DNA of 47,592 nt from an uncultured Paludibacter sp. (GTDB taxonomy: Bacteria > Bacteroidota > Bacteroidia > Bacteroidales > Paludibacteraceae). The stretch is taken from contig CAYFRA010000001.1 in the NCBI GenBank assembly GCA_964345395.1, positions 29,897 through 77,488 of the forward strand, given 5' to 3'. A program made the position numbers and the translations under genes. Below the pieces are notes generated by a model. The model made no database searches, was not told the DNA's origin, and saw only the letters and a list, made by a program, of their open reading frames with translations. Of the stretch, positions 26,438-35,826 are shown one piece after another (positions within the stretch are counted from its first letter, which is position 1; every line of letters begins with the position of its first letter).

Positions 26438-28123
26438 GTGAAATACGAATATAAAAATTGGTTATTTTTGTTGGCTTGGGCAATAGCAATGGTGCTATTG
26501 GCTAAGTTTGGCTTTTTTCGTATCGACCTCACCTCCGACAAACGTTTTAGCATAAGCCCCCAAACCAAAGTATTGATGAAGGAAATTGACGAACCTATCT
26601 ACACCAAACTTTACCTCAACGGAGATCTCAACGCAGGATTTGCTCGACTGAGACAAGCTACCAACGAGCTTTTGAGTGATTTAGACGCACATAGCAAATC
26701 AAAAATTATTATTACAAATATCAATCCATCATCAGCAAAATCAAACTTGGAACGAGAAGAAAACTACAACCGATTAATTGACAAATCGCTCACTCCCATT
26801 CAAGTTTATGATAAAGATAAAGAGGGAAAGCTAATGCAAAAGACAGTATTTCCTTGGTTGGAAATAACTTATAAAAATAGAACAAAAGCAGTGAATTTGC
26901 TTAAAAATATTCCCAAGTTATCAGGTGAAGAAAATCTGAATATCTCTATCGAAAGTTTAGAGTTTGAAATAGCAACGGCAATCAAGCAGTTAGGAAAAAA
27001 ACAGATAGACAAAATTGCTTTTATTGAGGGACAAGGCGAGTTAGACGAGCTACAAACTTATGAAATCAGCACACATTTGAGCCAATACTTTCAAATAGAC
27101 CGTGGAGCAATAGACATAGATGCCACTGTATTAGACAATTACAAGGCCATCATAATAGCTGGACCAAGCAAAGAGTTTACAGAAACTACTAAATTTATCA
27201 TCGATCAGTATTTGATGCGTGGTGGAAAAATTCTTTGGCTCATTGACGGTGTGCGTGTTTCCGAAGAGCTTTTACAAAATCAGGGTCGCTCCCCTATCAT
27301 TGGGCTTGATCTCAATTTAGATGATCTCCTTTTCAAATATGGTGTCAGAATTTCACCTGCTATAATCGAAGATCAACATTGCTTGATGTTGCCCATTAAA
27401 GTTGGAGATGAAAACACACCCGACAAACTACAGTTAATGCCATTTTACTACTCCCCTCTTTTGCTCACGTCAATGAGTCACCCAGTAAGCAAAAATGTAT
27501 CATACGTCAAATCAAATTTTGTTTCCTCTATCGAGTTGGTTAATCAAAATAAAGATAAAAACAGTACGGTTATTTTGGCAAGTTCTGAGAAAACACACCT
27601 TTTACAAGCCCCTAATGAGATTGATTTGAGATACTTAGGCGAAAACAAAGATAATAGTTATTTCAATCTTCAACACGTTCCCGTTGCAGTTAGTATTGAT
27701 GGGGTTTTTGAATCATTATTTGCCAACAGGATGGTACCACGGGGGCTTATTAATTTTGGCCAAATAGAGCAAATAAGCGTTCCTACTCGTCAAATATTTA
27801 TAGCTAACGCAGATATTATCCGAAACGATGTGATCATCGAAAACAATGAATATACCACCTTGCCATTGGGGTATGATCGGACAACTGACGTAGTTTATGG
27901 AAATAGCGATTTTTTAGTTAATGCCATTTTATATTTGACAGATGAAGATGGAAGCATTGACCTAAGGGTAAAATCACTACCTTTGCGTTTGCTCAATAAA
28001 TCTTTAATTTCAGAAAATCGTATCAAATTACAAATCATCAATATAGTGCTTCCTGTAGTGCTACTTGCCATATTTGCAGTAATATATTTTTATATACGAA
28101 AAAGAAAATATTCAAAGTATTAA
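26438..28123 (+). CDS. gldG: GldG-family protein (ABC-transporter-associated, gliding-motility-type auxiliary component)
   Basis: N-terminal TM helix followed by FRIDLTSDKRFSISPQT, a large extracytoplasmic domain and a C-terminal TM anchor (IINIVLPVVLLAIFAVIYFYI). This is the typical GldG layout. The start codon is GTG. Confidence 0.65.
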   Translation: MKYEYKNWLFLLAWAIAMVLLAKFGFFRIDLTSDKRFSISPQTKVLMKEIDEPIYTKLYLNGDLNAGFARLRQATNELLSDLDAHSKSKIIITNINPSSAKSNLEREENYNRLIDKSLTPIQVYDKDKEGKLMQKTVFPWLEITYKNRTKAVNLLKNIPKLSGEENLNISIESLEFEIATAIKQLGKKQIDKIAFIEGQGELDELQTYEISTHLSQYFQIDRGAIDIDATVLDNYKAIIIAGPSKEFTETTKFIIDQYLMRGGKILWLIDGVRVSEELLQNQGRSPIIGLDLNLDDLLFKYGVRISPAIIEDQHCLMLPIKVGDENTPDKLQLMPFYYSPLLLTSMSHPVSKNVSYVKSNFVSSIELVNQNKDKNSTVILASSEKTHLLQAPNEIDLRYLGENKDNSYFNLQHVPVAVSIDGVFESLFANRMVPRGLINFGQIEQISVPTRQIFIANADIIRNDVIIENNEYTTLPLGYDRTTDVVYGNSDFLVNAILYLTDEDGSIDLRVKSLPLRLLNKSLISENRIKLQIINIVLPVVLLAIFAVIYFYIRKRKYSKY

Positions 28124-28142
28124 CACTTAAAAAATAAACAAA

Positions 28143-28547
28143 ATGAATAATCCAATTAAATTTCATCACATTCTAATTACTTTAGCTATATTCTTTTTAA
28201 TTATTGCTTGTCTGATGTTTGGTGTTCCAGTTTACAAAGTTTGGCAACAAGAGATGACTGGAAAAGCTGAATTGAGTAGAGCAGAACAAAATCGTCAAAT
28301 ACGCATTCAAGAAGCAAAAGCTAAAAAAGAGTCTGCCGTTTTTGAAGCAGAAGCCGAAGTAGAACGTGCTAAAGGTGTAGCCGCTGCTAACAAAATTATT
28401 GGTGCCAGCTTGAGCGAAAATGAAAACTATTTGCGATATCTGTGGATTCAGAGTTTGTATGAAGGAAACTCTGACGTAATATATGTGCCAACCGAAGCCA
28501 ACCTGCCCATTTTAGAAGCAAATCGTTTTTCGCAACAGAAAAAATAA
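28143..28547 (+). CDS. Small membrane-anchored protein resembling only the C-terminal coiled-coil part of SPFH/prohibitin proteins
   Basis: One N-terminal TM helix, then AELSRAEQNRQIRIQEAKAKKESAVFEAEAEVERAKGVAAANKIIG...YLRYLWIQSL...VIYVP. The globular SPFH core appears absent. Confidence 0.45.
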   Translation: MNNPIKFHHILITLAIFFLIIACLMFGVPVYKVWQQEMTGKAELSRAEQNRQIRIQEAKAKKESAVFEAEAEVERAKGVAAANKIIGASLSENENYLRYLWIQSLYEGNSDVIYVPTEANLPILEANRFSQQKK

Positions 28548-28571
28548 TAGAAAAAACCATATTCAATAGAA

Positions 28572-29688
28572 ATGATAACTTTAGAACAACTAAATGAACT
28601 TTTAGAACGCGAACAGGCGTTAAGGAGGTATCTTTGACATCGATACCAAAACGATACAATTAGAGGAAGAGGAGCTACGTACACAAGCTCCAGATTTTTG
28701 GGAGAACCCAAAAGAGGCTGAAGCTCAGATGAAAAAAATCCGTGAAATTAAACGCTGGATTGTGGGCTACAATGAGGTCAAAAAAGTAACGGATGAACTT
28801 AAAATCGCCTTCGATTTTTACAAAGAAGAAGCCCTTAGTGAAGAAGAGCTTGATGCAATTTACACTGAAACTCTGTCGCTAATTGAGAAAGTTGAGATGG
28901 AAAACATGCTCTCCAATGAGGAAGATAAGATGAGTGCTGTTATAAAAATTGTAGCTGGAGCGGGCGGAACAGAAGCACAAGATTGGGCTGATATGCTTTT
29001 CAGAATGTATCAAAGATATTGCGAAAGACATGGTTACAAAAGTGAATTGACCAACTACCAAGCTGGTGATGAGGCGGGCATCAAAACCGTAACTCTACAA
29101 GCCGAAGGAGATTTGGCATATGGCTTTTTGAAAAGTGAAAATGGTGTTCATCGCTTGGTTCGCGTTTCACCATTCAACGCACAAGGAAAGCGAATGACTT
29201 CATTTGCCTCAGTTTTTGTTACTCCCTTGGTTGATGATAGCATAAATATTGAGGTAAACCCAGCCAATTTAAGTTGGGATACTTTTCGTTCAAGTGGTGC
29301 GGGTGGGCAGCACGTCAATAAAGTGGAATCGGGTGTGCGATTACATTACAAATTTATAGACGATCGAAATGGCGAAGAGAAAGAGATTGTAATAGAGAAT
29401 ACCGAAGGTCGCTCACAAACAGGCAATCGCGAAAATGCTCTCCGATTACTTCGATCACAACTCTATGAATTTGAGCTTGAAAAAAGACGTGAAGCACAAG
29501 CTAAAGTAGAGGCTGGTAAAAAGAAAATTGAGTGGGGTTCACAAATTCGAAGCTATGTTTTTGATGATAGACGCGTAAAAGACCATCGCACCAATTATCA
29601 AACATCTGATGTCAATAGCGTAATGGACGGCAACATCGATGAGTTTATCAAAGCCTACTTAATGGAATTTGGACAGGAGGATAGCTGA
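28572..29688 (+). CDS. prfB: Peptide chain release factor 2, expressed via programmed +1 frameshift at 28632-28638
   Basis: Frame 0 is ATG 28572...AGG AGG TAT CTT TGA (stop at 28635-28637). The +1 frame continues from GAC at 28636 in frame with the 28729 track ORF. It contains SPF (VSPFNAQ) and GGQ (SGAGGQHVN) motifs. Confidence 0.9.
28623..28638 (+). other. RF2 autoregulatory +1 frameshift site (internal SD-like AGGAGG, slippery CTT, in-frame TGA C)
   Basis: The sequence AGGAGGTATCTTTGAC matches the canonical CUU UGA C shift site with a Shine-Dalgarno-like stimulator 3 nt upstream. Confidence 0.85.
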
Positions 29689-29689
29689 T

Positions 29690-30910
29690 TTATAAAGCAT
29701 CCTCAACTGCTTGGATAAAATCTTGCCGAATAGAAACCAACTCTTTCGATTCGGCTTGATTCCATGCTGCTATTTGTGCAATTACAAGATTTTTTGCAGG
29801 ATTGACATAGACCATTTGTCCAAAAATTCCAAGTGCCATATAGCTGCCATCGGCATTAACCCACCACAAATAACCATATCCACCCTTTTCACCTCTCGGA
29901 ACAAGTATCGACCTTGCATTATCCAACCATTCAGTTGCTAATATTTGCTTGCCTCCTATTTTCCCATCATTGAGCATCAGCACTCCCAAACGAGCAAAAT
30001 CACGCAAATTGGCCGACAGACCGCTGCCCCCTATATTGTATCCACTACACTCATCACTCAACCAAAAAGCACATTGCTCCATACCCATTGGGCTCCAAAT
30101 GTGTTCTGACAAATAGGCAGAGAGTGATTTTTCGCTTGCTTTTTGCACAAGAATACCCAACAAATCGGTTTCGCCTGTATTATAATTAAATTTCTTACCC
30201 GCAGTGTGCTGTTGCTTTAGATCTTTCATATATGATAAAATATGTGCCTCTTTGCCAACACACTCCTTTTGATACATTTGAGCTACATCTGAATGGGGGT
30301 CGCCATAATCTTCATTCCAAGCTATTCCTGATGTCATTGTGAGCAGTTGTCTGACGGTTATTTTACCATAATCACAACCCTCCAATTCTTGTATATAAAG
30401 CTGCAACTCATCATCCAAGCTCTTTATATCACCATTTTTTAAAGCTACACCTACCAACATCGAAGTAACAGACTTAGCAACCGAAAATGAAGTCCAAAGT
30501 GTGTTTTGTTTTATATCTTCAGCTCGTTTTTCAAATCTGACCAATCCATTTTCTATCACAATGACGCCTTTAACTCCTAAATTCGACATATAGGATTCTA
30601 AATTGATAGTGTCATTTAGTTTATCCAATTGTAATGGAATACCAGCTCCCAATGCATACTTTTTATTACCAGTTTTCACTGGCGAACTTGGGTAGATACT
30701 ATGCATTATTGGAAAGCGCCGCTCTCGATCCTCTTGACTCCAAAACAGCAAACTTTCTAACTTTTGCCCCATCGTTTCACCACTAATATTTTCAGCATAA
30801 TCTCGTGAGTCTATTATGCTATCAGGTTGGCATAATGTTCTACTTTGCTTACAAGATGTGAAAGATATAATAATTGAGATAACAAGATAAAGAGTTGGTC
30901 TGATTTTCAT
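29690..30910 (-). CDS. Serine hydrolase of the beta-lactamase / penicillin-binding (class C-like) family, lipoprotein
   Basis: Signal peptide and lipobox ISFTSCK, SxxK motif in WTSFSVAKSVTS, length 406 aa. Substrate unknown. Confidence 0.75.
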   Translation of the reverse strand: MKIRPTLYLVISIIISFTSCKQSRTLCQPDSIIDSRDYAENISGETMGQKLESLLFWSQEDRERRFPIMHSIYPSSPVKTGNKKYALGAGIPLQLDKLNDTINLESYMSNLGVKGVIVIENGLVRFEKRAEDIKQNTLWTSFSVAKSVTSMLVGVALKNGDIKSLDDELQLYIQELEGCDYGKITVRQLLTMTSGIAWNEDYGDPHSDVAQMYQKECVGKEAHILSYMKDLKQQHTAGKKFNYNTGETDLLGILVQKASEKSLSAYLSEHIWSPMGMEQCAFWLSDECSGYNIGGSGLSANLRDFARLGVLMLNDGKIGGKQILATEWLDNARSILVPRGEKGGYGYLWWVNADGSYMALGIFGQMVYVNPAKNLVIAQIAAWNQAESKELVSIRQDFIQAVEDAL

Positions 30911-30997
30911 TTCAAATGTTTTTTAATTGCTTAAACTTAATAACGGTAAAATGAGCGATAAGTTTTGAGTTTTCGCACTTTTCCATATTAATGAAGT

Positions 30998-31005
30998 GCA
31001 AAAAT
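30998..31005 (-). promoter_or_regulatory. Bacteroidota-type -7 box (TATTTTTG on minus strand)
   Basis: Plus-strand CAAAAATA lies 88 bp upstream of the ATG at 30910. Confidence 0.35.
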
Positions 31006-31121
31006 AAAGAAACGAGTACGAACTTTAAAATAGACACCACTATAAACTATCCACACTTTAAATAAAGAACTTTATTCTTCTTTTATTATTTAAAATTTGC
31101 ATTGCAATCTCTATTTGAAAT

Positions 31122-32705
31122 ATGACTATTATGAAAATTATTAAAAATACAATCCTTACCCTACTGCTTGTTTTTAGCAGTTTTGTGATTCTTAAAGCTG
31201 AAAATAATATTGTTCAATTGCCTTCTCCAACGCTAAGCAAGGACACGATATTTATTGAGTTTGACGAGTTGCAAGAAAGTGGTGTTTTCGATTTTGGTTT
31301 TGACGATGGTGTTTCGCTTTTTGAGTCAGCAACAAGCGATAATGAAAGTTTTTCGCAAGATTCATTTTCTTCTTTAAGTGGTTTTAGTTTCAATGGTTAC
31401 GCACGAGGTTCAATCTTAGGTGGTGGCAAACAATATGATTTGGCGAGTTCGTTTGCCGAAATAGCTTTGCAGCCAAGCTATTCGAAAGGTGTGGCAATGA
31501 TGAAATCGGATATTCGCTTGCGTAGAGGTCTGTTTTTTGAAGAAGACAAACAAATCATTGAAATCAAAGAGCTTTTTACTGGCTACAAAGGTGACAAATT
31601 TGATTTTTTCATTGGAAATCAAATCGTAAATTGGGGCAGAACAGATGGTTTTAATCCAACCAACAACATCACTCCAAATGATTTTTTCTTTCTAACCGCT
31701 GAACCTGACGATCAAAAAATGTCCAACTTTTTATTAAGAATGAAATATCGTATTTCGCCTGCTGTTGAGATTGATCTGATTGGAATACCATATTTCAAGC
31801 CATCTAATTATCGATTTGACCTTTTTGACCTAAATGAACAAGTCGATTTGGGTGAGCTACCCATTCAATTACCCGATTTTGACATCAACGTCGATTTTAA
31901 CCCACTCCTGCTACCGAAGCGAAAATTAGAAAATGGTAGCTTTGCTGCACGAATCAATGTAGAGCTACCTGAAATAGATTTTTCACTCTCCTATTTTTCC
32001 GGATATGATCCCTATCATGGTTTTGATTTGAAGGATTTTGAGATTAATATTTTTGATTCTAAAAAACCTATACAGATAAGCTATGAGCCCAAAGTTTACA
32101 CGAAAAATACTTTCGGGTTTGATTTTGCTCTCCCTTTAAGTAGCTCAATGTTGCGTGGTGAAGCAGCTTTTAACTTAACCCGCCGAAAAAACAATGAGAT
32201 TTATATCCCAAAAAGTGATTTTTCTTACGTGTTGGGCTACGAAAAAATTTGGAATGATTTTGTTTTCCTTGCTCAATACATCAGCAAAGTAACACCTGAT
32301 TTTGAAGCTATTAGCGAGCCGCTTTTGGATTTTAGCGATTTCGACATCAATAACTTTGATATTACAAAAATTCCAAACTTGATGGAGTTTCCAGAAGATA
32401 TGGTTAAATATGAAAGTGCTTATTTCAACCGAATGATATTTAATCAACAAAAAAAATTCAATCACGCATTCTCATTTACTCTGAACCGACCCTTCAAATA
32501 TGAGGAGTGGAATGCTGAATTTACAGCCTATTATAATTTGACATCGAAAGAGCTGATGTTGCGGCCAAAACTGAACTGGAAAATTACTGATGCTCTCAAT
32601 TTTGCTTTTGGTGCAAGTTATATGAAAGCTTATGATAAATCATTGTTCTATTTCTCCTCTACCATTATGAATGGTGCTTTTGCCGAATTGAAAATTGGTT
32701 TTTAA
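31122..32705 (+). CDS. Predicted outer-membrane beta-barrel protein (DUF1302-like), first gene of RND/LolA-like module
   Basis: Signal peptide (LLLVFSSFVILKA/EN), alternating hydrophobic beta-strand patterns throughout, and a C-terminal aromatic residue (...FAELKIGF). The motif IGNQIVNWGRTDGFNPTN is reminiscent of DUF1302-type barrels. Confidence 0.55.
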   Translation: MTIMKIIKNTILTLLLVFSSFVILKAENNIVQLPSPTLSKDTIFIEFDELQESGVFDFGFDDGVSLFESATSDNESFSQDSFSSLSGFSFNGYARGSILGGGKQYDLASSFAEIALQPSYSKGVAMMKSDIRLRRGLFFEEDKQIIEIKELFTGYKGDKFDFFIGNQIVNWGRTDGFNPTNNITPNDFFFLTAEPDDQKMSNFLLRMKYRISPAVEIDLIGIPYFKPSNYRFDLFDLNEQVDLGELPIQLPDFDINVDFNPLLLPKRKLENGSFAARINVELPEIDFSLSYFSGYDPYHGFDLKDFEINIFDSKKPIQISYEPKVYTKNTFGFDFALPLSSSMLRGEAAFNLTRRKNNEIYIPKSDFSYVLGYEKIWNDFVFLAQYISKVTPDFEAISEPLLDFSDFDINNFDITKIPNLMEFPEDMVKYESAYFNRMIFNQQKKFNHAFSFTLNRPFKYEEWNAEFTAYYNLTSKELMLRPKLNWKITDALNFAFGASYMKAYDKSLFYFSSTIMNGAFAELKIGF

Positions 32706-32720
32706 TAATAAAAAATAGAT

Positions 32721-34979
32721 ATGAAGAATTCAATGTTAGTGATAAAGTATCGGTGGTGGATAATTGTAGTAACAGCCCTGATGGTGTTGTTTGCCATTTT
32801 CCAAATGCCCCGAATTACCATCAACCCCGATTTAGAGTCATACCTTCCTGATCAAATTGAATCGAGAAAAAACAGTAAAATCATCTCTGATATTTTTGGA
32901 GATGAAGAACCTTTGCTTATTGTCATTGAGAGCGAAGATGTGCTGAGTGAAAGCACATTGAGTCGCATTGATGATTTAACTTATCAATTTGAAATGGAAG
33001 ATGCTATCTCTTCTGTTTTGTCTTTGATGCAGATGCAAAGGATTCATTCAGAGGAGGGGATGATGTTGGTTGATCCACTCATTCAATTTACACCTCAAAC
33101 AGACGAAGAGAGGGAAACACTTCGCCAAGAAATTAAGGATAATGAATTGGTATATGGGCTTTTAGTTTCTGAAGATTTCAAAAAATCTGTTATTATTCTC
33201 ACTTCCAACAAAACTTTGGCAGATGATGAGTTGATGAATCGCATCAAAACTGTTATTACTGATAATCCGGGTGATGAAAATATCTATATTACCGGACAAG
33301 CCTACTTGCGTGATGAAGCAAATCGCAATATCAGTCACGACTTGCTCTTGTTACTTCCGGTTGGCATTGTTTTAATGTTCTTTATGCTCTGGATCTCTTT
33401 TCGAGAGCTTAAAGCAGTGCTTTTACCCTTCTCTGTAGTCATTTTTTCAATCATCATCAGCATCGGCCTAATTCCTTTGATGGGTTGGGAGCTTAGCATT
33501 GTAGGAGTGCTGATACCGATAATGATGATTGCCATTGCAAATAATTATGGTGTTTACTTTATCGCTCGATATCAAGACCTCAATGCCTTGGAGCCAAATC
33601 TTTCGATGCAGAAAATCGTACAACTCTCTGTCAGTTATCTTACCCGCCCCATTGTGTTTTGCGGCCTCACCACCATTGTAGGTATATTGGGTTTGGTAAC
33701 TCATTTACTGCTTCCCGCTCAGCAAATGGGTATTGTTACCGCTATCGGCATTAGCTTTGCTCTACTTGTGAGCTTATTGTTTATTCCTGCAGCGATGTCA
33801 TTGATGAAAAAAGGAAAACCGCATCGTGCTTTGGAAAGTGGTTCAAAAAACATAATTACACGAATCTTAAATGGTGTTTCAAATCTAATTACCAAAAGTC
33901 CTAAGTTGGTTATGTTAATTTTTGCTCTGTTTTTATTCGTAGCAACATCAGGATTGCTATTTTTCAAAGTTGCCCCCGATTCTAATAAAGTGTTACCTCT
34001 CTCGCACCCTTTCAACAAAGCCATACAGATAGTTGATAATGACTTTGGAGGAAGCAAAGTGCTACAAATTTTGATTGAGGGAGACGCTAAAGATCCACTG
34101 TTTTTAAGCAAACTACAATCAACCGAAAACAAGCTAAAAGAGCTACCCAACGTGGGTTATGCTATGTCGCTAGCTACCATTATTATAGAAATCAGCAAGG
34201 CGATGAATGACGAAAACAGTGAAGCATATGGTGTAATTCCCGATACGCGAGAGGCTGTTGCACAATATTTAGAACTCTATAATATGAGTGGCAATCCAGA
34301 AGAATTGGAGCGTTTAGTTGATTTTGACTACACCAAGGTGATGATGAATATTCAGTTCAAAGCAAATAGTATAGCTGAAATAGATGAGGTTTTGGAAACC
34401 ATTGACGCAAGTCTTTTGAATGATAATAAGTTTGATTATCTCGCTGGAGGTTATGCTTTGGTTGAAAAAGAGATGAGTAAATCCATTCTAAAAGGACAAT
34501 ACTATTCACTTCTTTTTGCGTTTTTTGCTATCATCATTTTGCTTGCAATCATCTTCCGAAGTTTCGTTGCTGGCTTGATGGGAAGCATCCCTTTAGTTTT
34601 TGCAGTATTCTCCACTTTTGGGCTGATGGGATGGTTTGGAATCGAATTAAACATCGTTACTGCACTACTCTCTTCTATTTCTATCGGGTTGGGTGTAGAT
34701 TTCACAATTCATATTTTTTGGCGGATCAAATATGAATTAGAACAGGGAAATAAATATACTACAAGCATTCGCAACACGCTGATTACGATTGGACGTGGCA
34801 TCACCATCAATGCCTTTTCTGTAATGATAGGATTTGCTGTGCTCTTTCTATCGGCGTTTCCTTTGATACGCTCATTTGCATTTTTAATTATATTATCACT
34901 CTTTCTCTGTTTGATTTCAGCATTGATTTTCATTCCCGCATTGAGTCTTTTAATTAAACCAAAATTTTTAAATAAATAA
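32721..34979 (+). CDS. RND-superfamily exporter of the MMPL / COG1033 type (12 TM, two periplasmic loops)
   Basis: 752 aa as two repeated halves, each with one TM helix, a large soluble loop and a 5-TM bundle. The N-terminus RWWIIVVTALMVLFAIFQMPRITINPDLESYLP is typical of predicted RND exporters. Confidence 0.8.
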   Translation: MKNSMLVIKYRWWIIVVTALMVLFAIFQMPRITINPDLESYLPDQIESRKNSKIISDIFGDEEPLLIVIESEDVLSESTLSRIDDLTYQFEMEDAISSVLSLMQMQRIHSEEGMMLVDPLIQFTPQTDEERETLRQEIKDNELVYGLLVSEDFKKSVIILTSNKTLADDELMNRIKTVITDNPGDENIYITGQAYLRDEANRNISHDLLLLLPVGIVLMFFMLWISFRELKAVLLPFSVVIFSIIISIGLIPLMGWELSIVGVLIPIMMIAIANNYGVYFIARYQDLNALEPNLSMQKIVQLSVSYLTRPIVFCGLTTIVGILGLVTHLLLPAQQMGIVTAIGISFALLVSLLFIPAAMSLMKKGKPHRALESGSKNIITRILNGVSNLITKSPKLVMLIFALFLFVATSGLLFFKVAPDSNKVLPLSHPFNKAIQIVDNDFGGSKVLQILIEGDAKDPLFLSKLQSTENKLKELPNVGYAMSLATIIIEISKAMNDENSEAYGVIPDTREAVAQYLELYNMSGNPEELERLVDFDYTKVMMNIQFKANSIAEIDEVLETIDASLLNDNKFDYLAGGYALVEKEMSKSILKGQYYSLLFAFFAIIILLAIIFRSFVAGLMGSIPLVFAVFSTFGLMGWFGIELNIVTALLSSISIGLGVDFTIHIFWRIKYELEQGNKYTTSIRNTLITIGRGITINAFSVMIGFAVLFLSAFPLIRSFAFLIILSLFLCLISALIFIPALSLLIKPKFLNK

Positions 34980-35030
34980 AAATAACACAAACAAAAACCC
35001 TGATTGTCAGGATATAATTTACTTAGAATT

Positions 35031-35804
35031 ATGAAGAAAATAAAATTAATTGCTTTAGCCCTTAGCTTGCTGTTGGTTTTGCCAGTTGCATCACAAACAG
35101 CACAAGAAATTAGTAAAAAAACTATGGATGCCATCGATATTGGCAATATGGAAATGATGTCAACCATCAACATCAAGGATGGTAAAGGCAACAACCGTGT
35201 ACGCCAAATTACAACCGCTACACGAAAATTTGGCGATGTAAGCAAAACTTTAATACGATTTGTTGCACCTGCTGATGTGAAAGGTACTGCACTATTAATT
35301 CACGATTATGACAACAAAGGCGACAATATGTGGATTTATATGCCTGCACTTCGCAAAGTTCGCCGCATTGTAAGCAATGAAAAAGGAAAAAACTTTATGG
35401 GCTCGGAGTTTACCAATGCCGATATGAGCAAACCCAACGAAGCTGATTTTAATGAGAAAATTTTAGGCACCGTTACACTCAATGGGAAAAGCTGTTGGAA
35501 AATAGAATCTACTGCAAAAACCAATGAAATAGCAGTAGAAAATGGATTTACAAAACGCATCAGTTATATTGACAAAACAGAATATATTGCTTATAAAATC
35601 GAATATTATGATTTAAGAGGAAACCTAAGCCGAGAACAGACTATTTCTAATTATAAAAAATTAGCTAACGGTAAATACTTTGCTTTCAAAATGGAGATGA
35701 AAAACGTGCAAAATGGACGAGTATCAGAGATGATTATCGATAAATTTCAAGGCAACTCATCATTACCAGAAAGTGCTTTTACTCCCGCCGCATTAGAAAA
35801 TTAG
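35031..35804 (+). CDS. LolA-like outer-membrane lipoprotein-sorting family protein (secreted)
   Basis: The track start 35004 is TTG; ATG at 35031 gives the signal peptide MKKIKLIALALSLLLVLPVASQ. The core FVAPADVKGTALLIHDYDNKGDNMWIYMPALRKVRRIVSNEKGKNFMGSEFTNADM matches the LolA_like family as I recall it. Confidence 0.75.
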   Translation: MKKIKLIALALSLLLVLPVASQTAQEISKKTMDAIDIGNMEMMSTINIKDGKGNNRVRQITTATRKFGDVSKTLIRFVAPADVKGTALLIHDYDNKGDNMWIYMPALRKVRRIVSNEKGKNFMGSEFTNADMSKPNEADFNEKILGTVTLNGKSCWKIESTAKTNEIAVENGFTKRISYIDKTEYIAYKIEYYDLRGNLSREQTISNYKKLANGKYFAFKMEMKNVQNGRVSEMIIDKFQGNSSLPESAFTPAALEN

Positions 35805-35826
35805 TCTTTAGTAAAGTGTTGTATAT

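Noticed and set aside
31047-31055. DnaA-box-like CTATCCACA in the 30911-31121 intergenic region.
   Set aside because: It is a single 8/9 match with no cluster of boxes or adjacent AT-rich unwinding element. This is expected by chance.
33335-35245. Minus-strand ORFs (66, 78, 143, 67 and 178 aa) across the RND and LolA-like genes.
   Set aside because: All are antisense to well-supported plus-strand genes. The 178-aa ORF spans the intergenic gap but has no promoter box and a junk-like composition.
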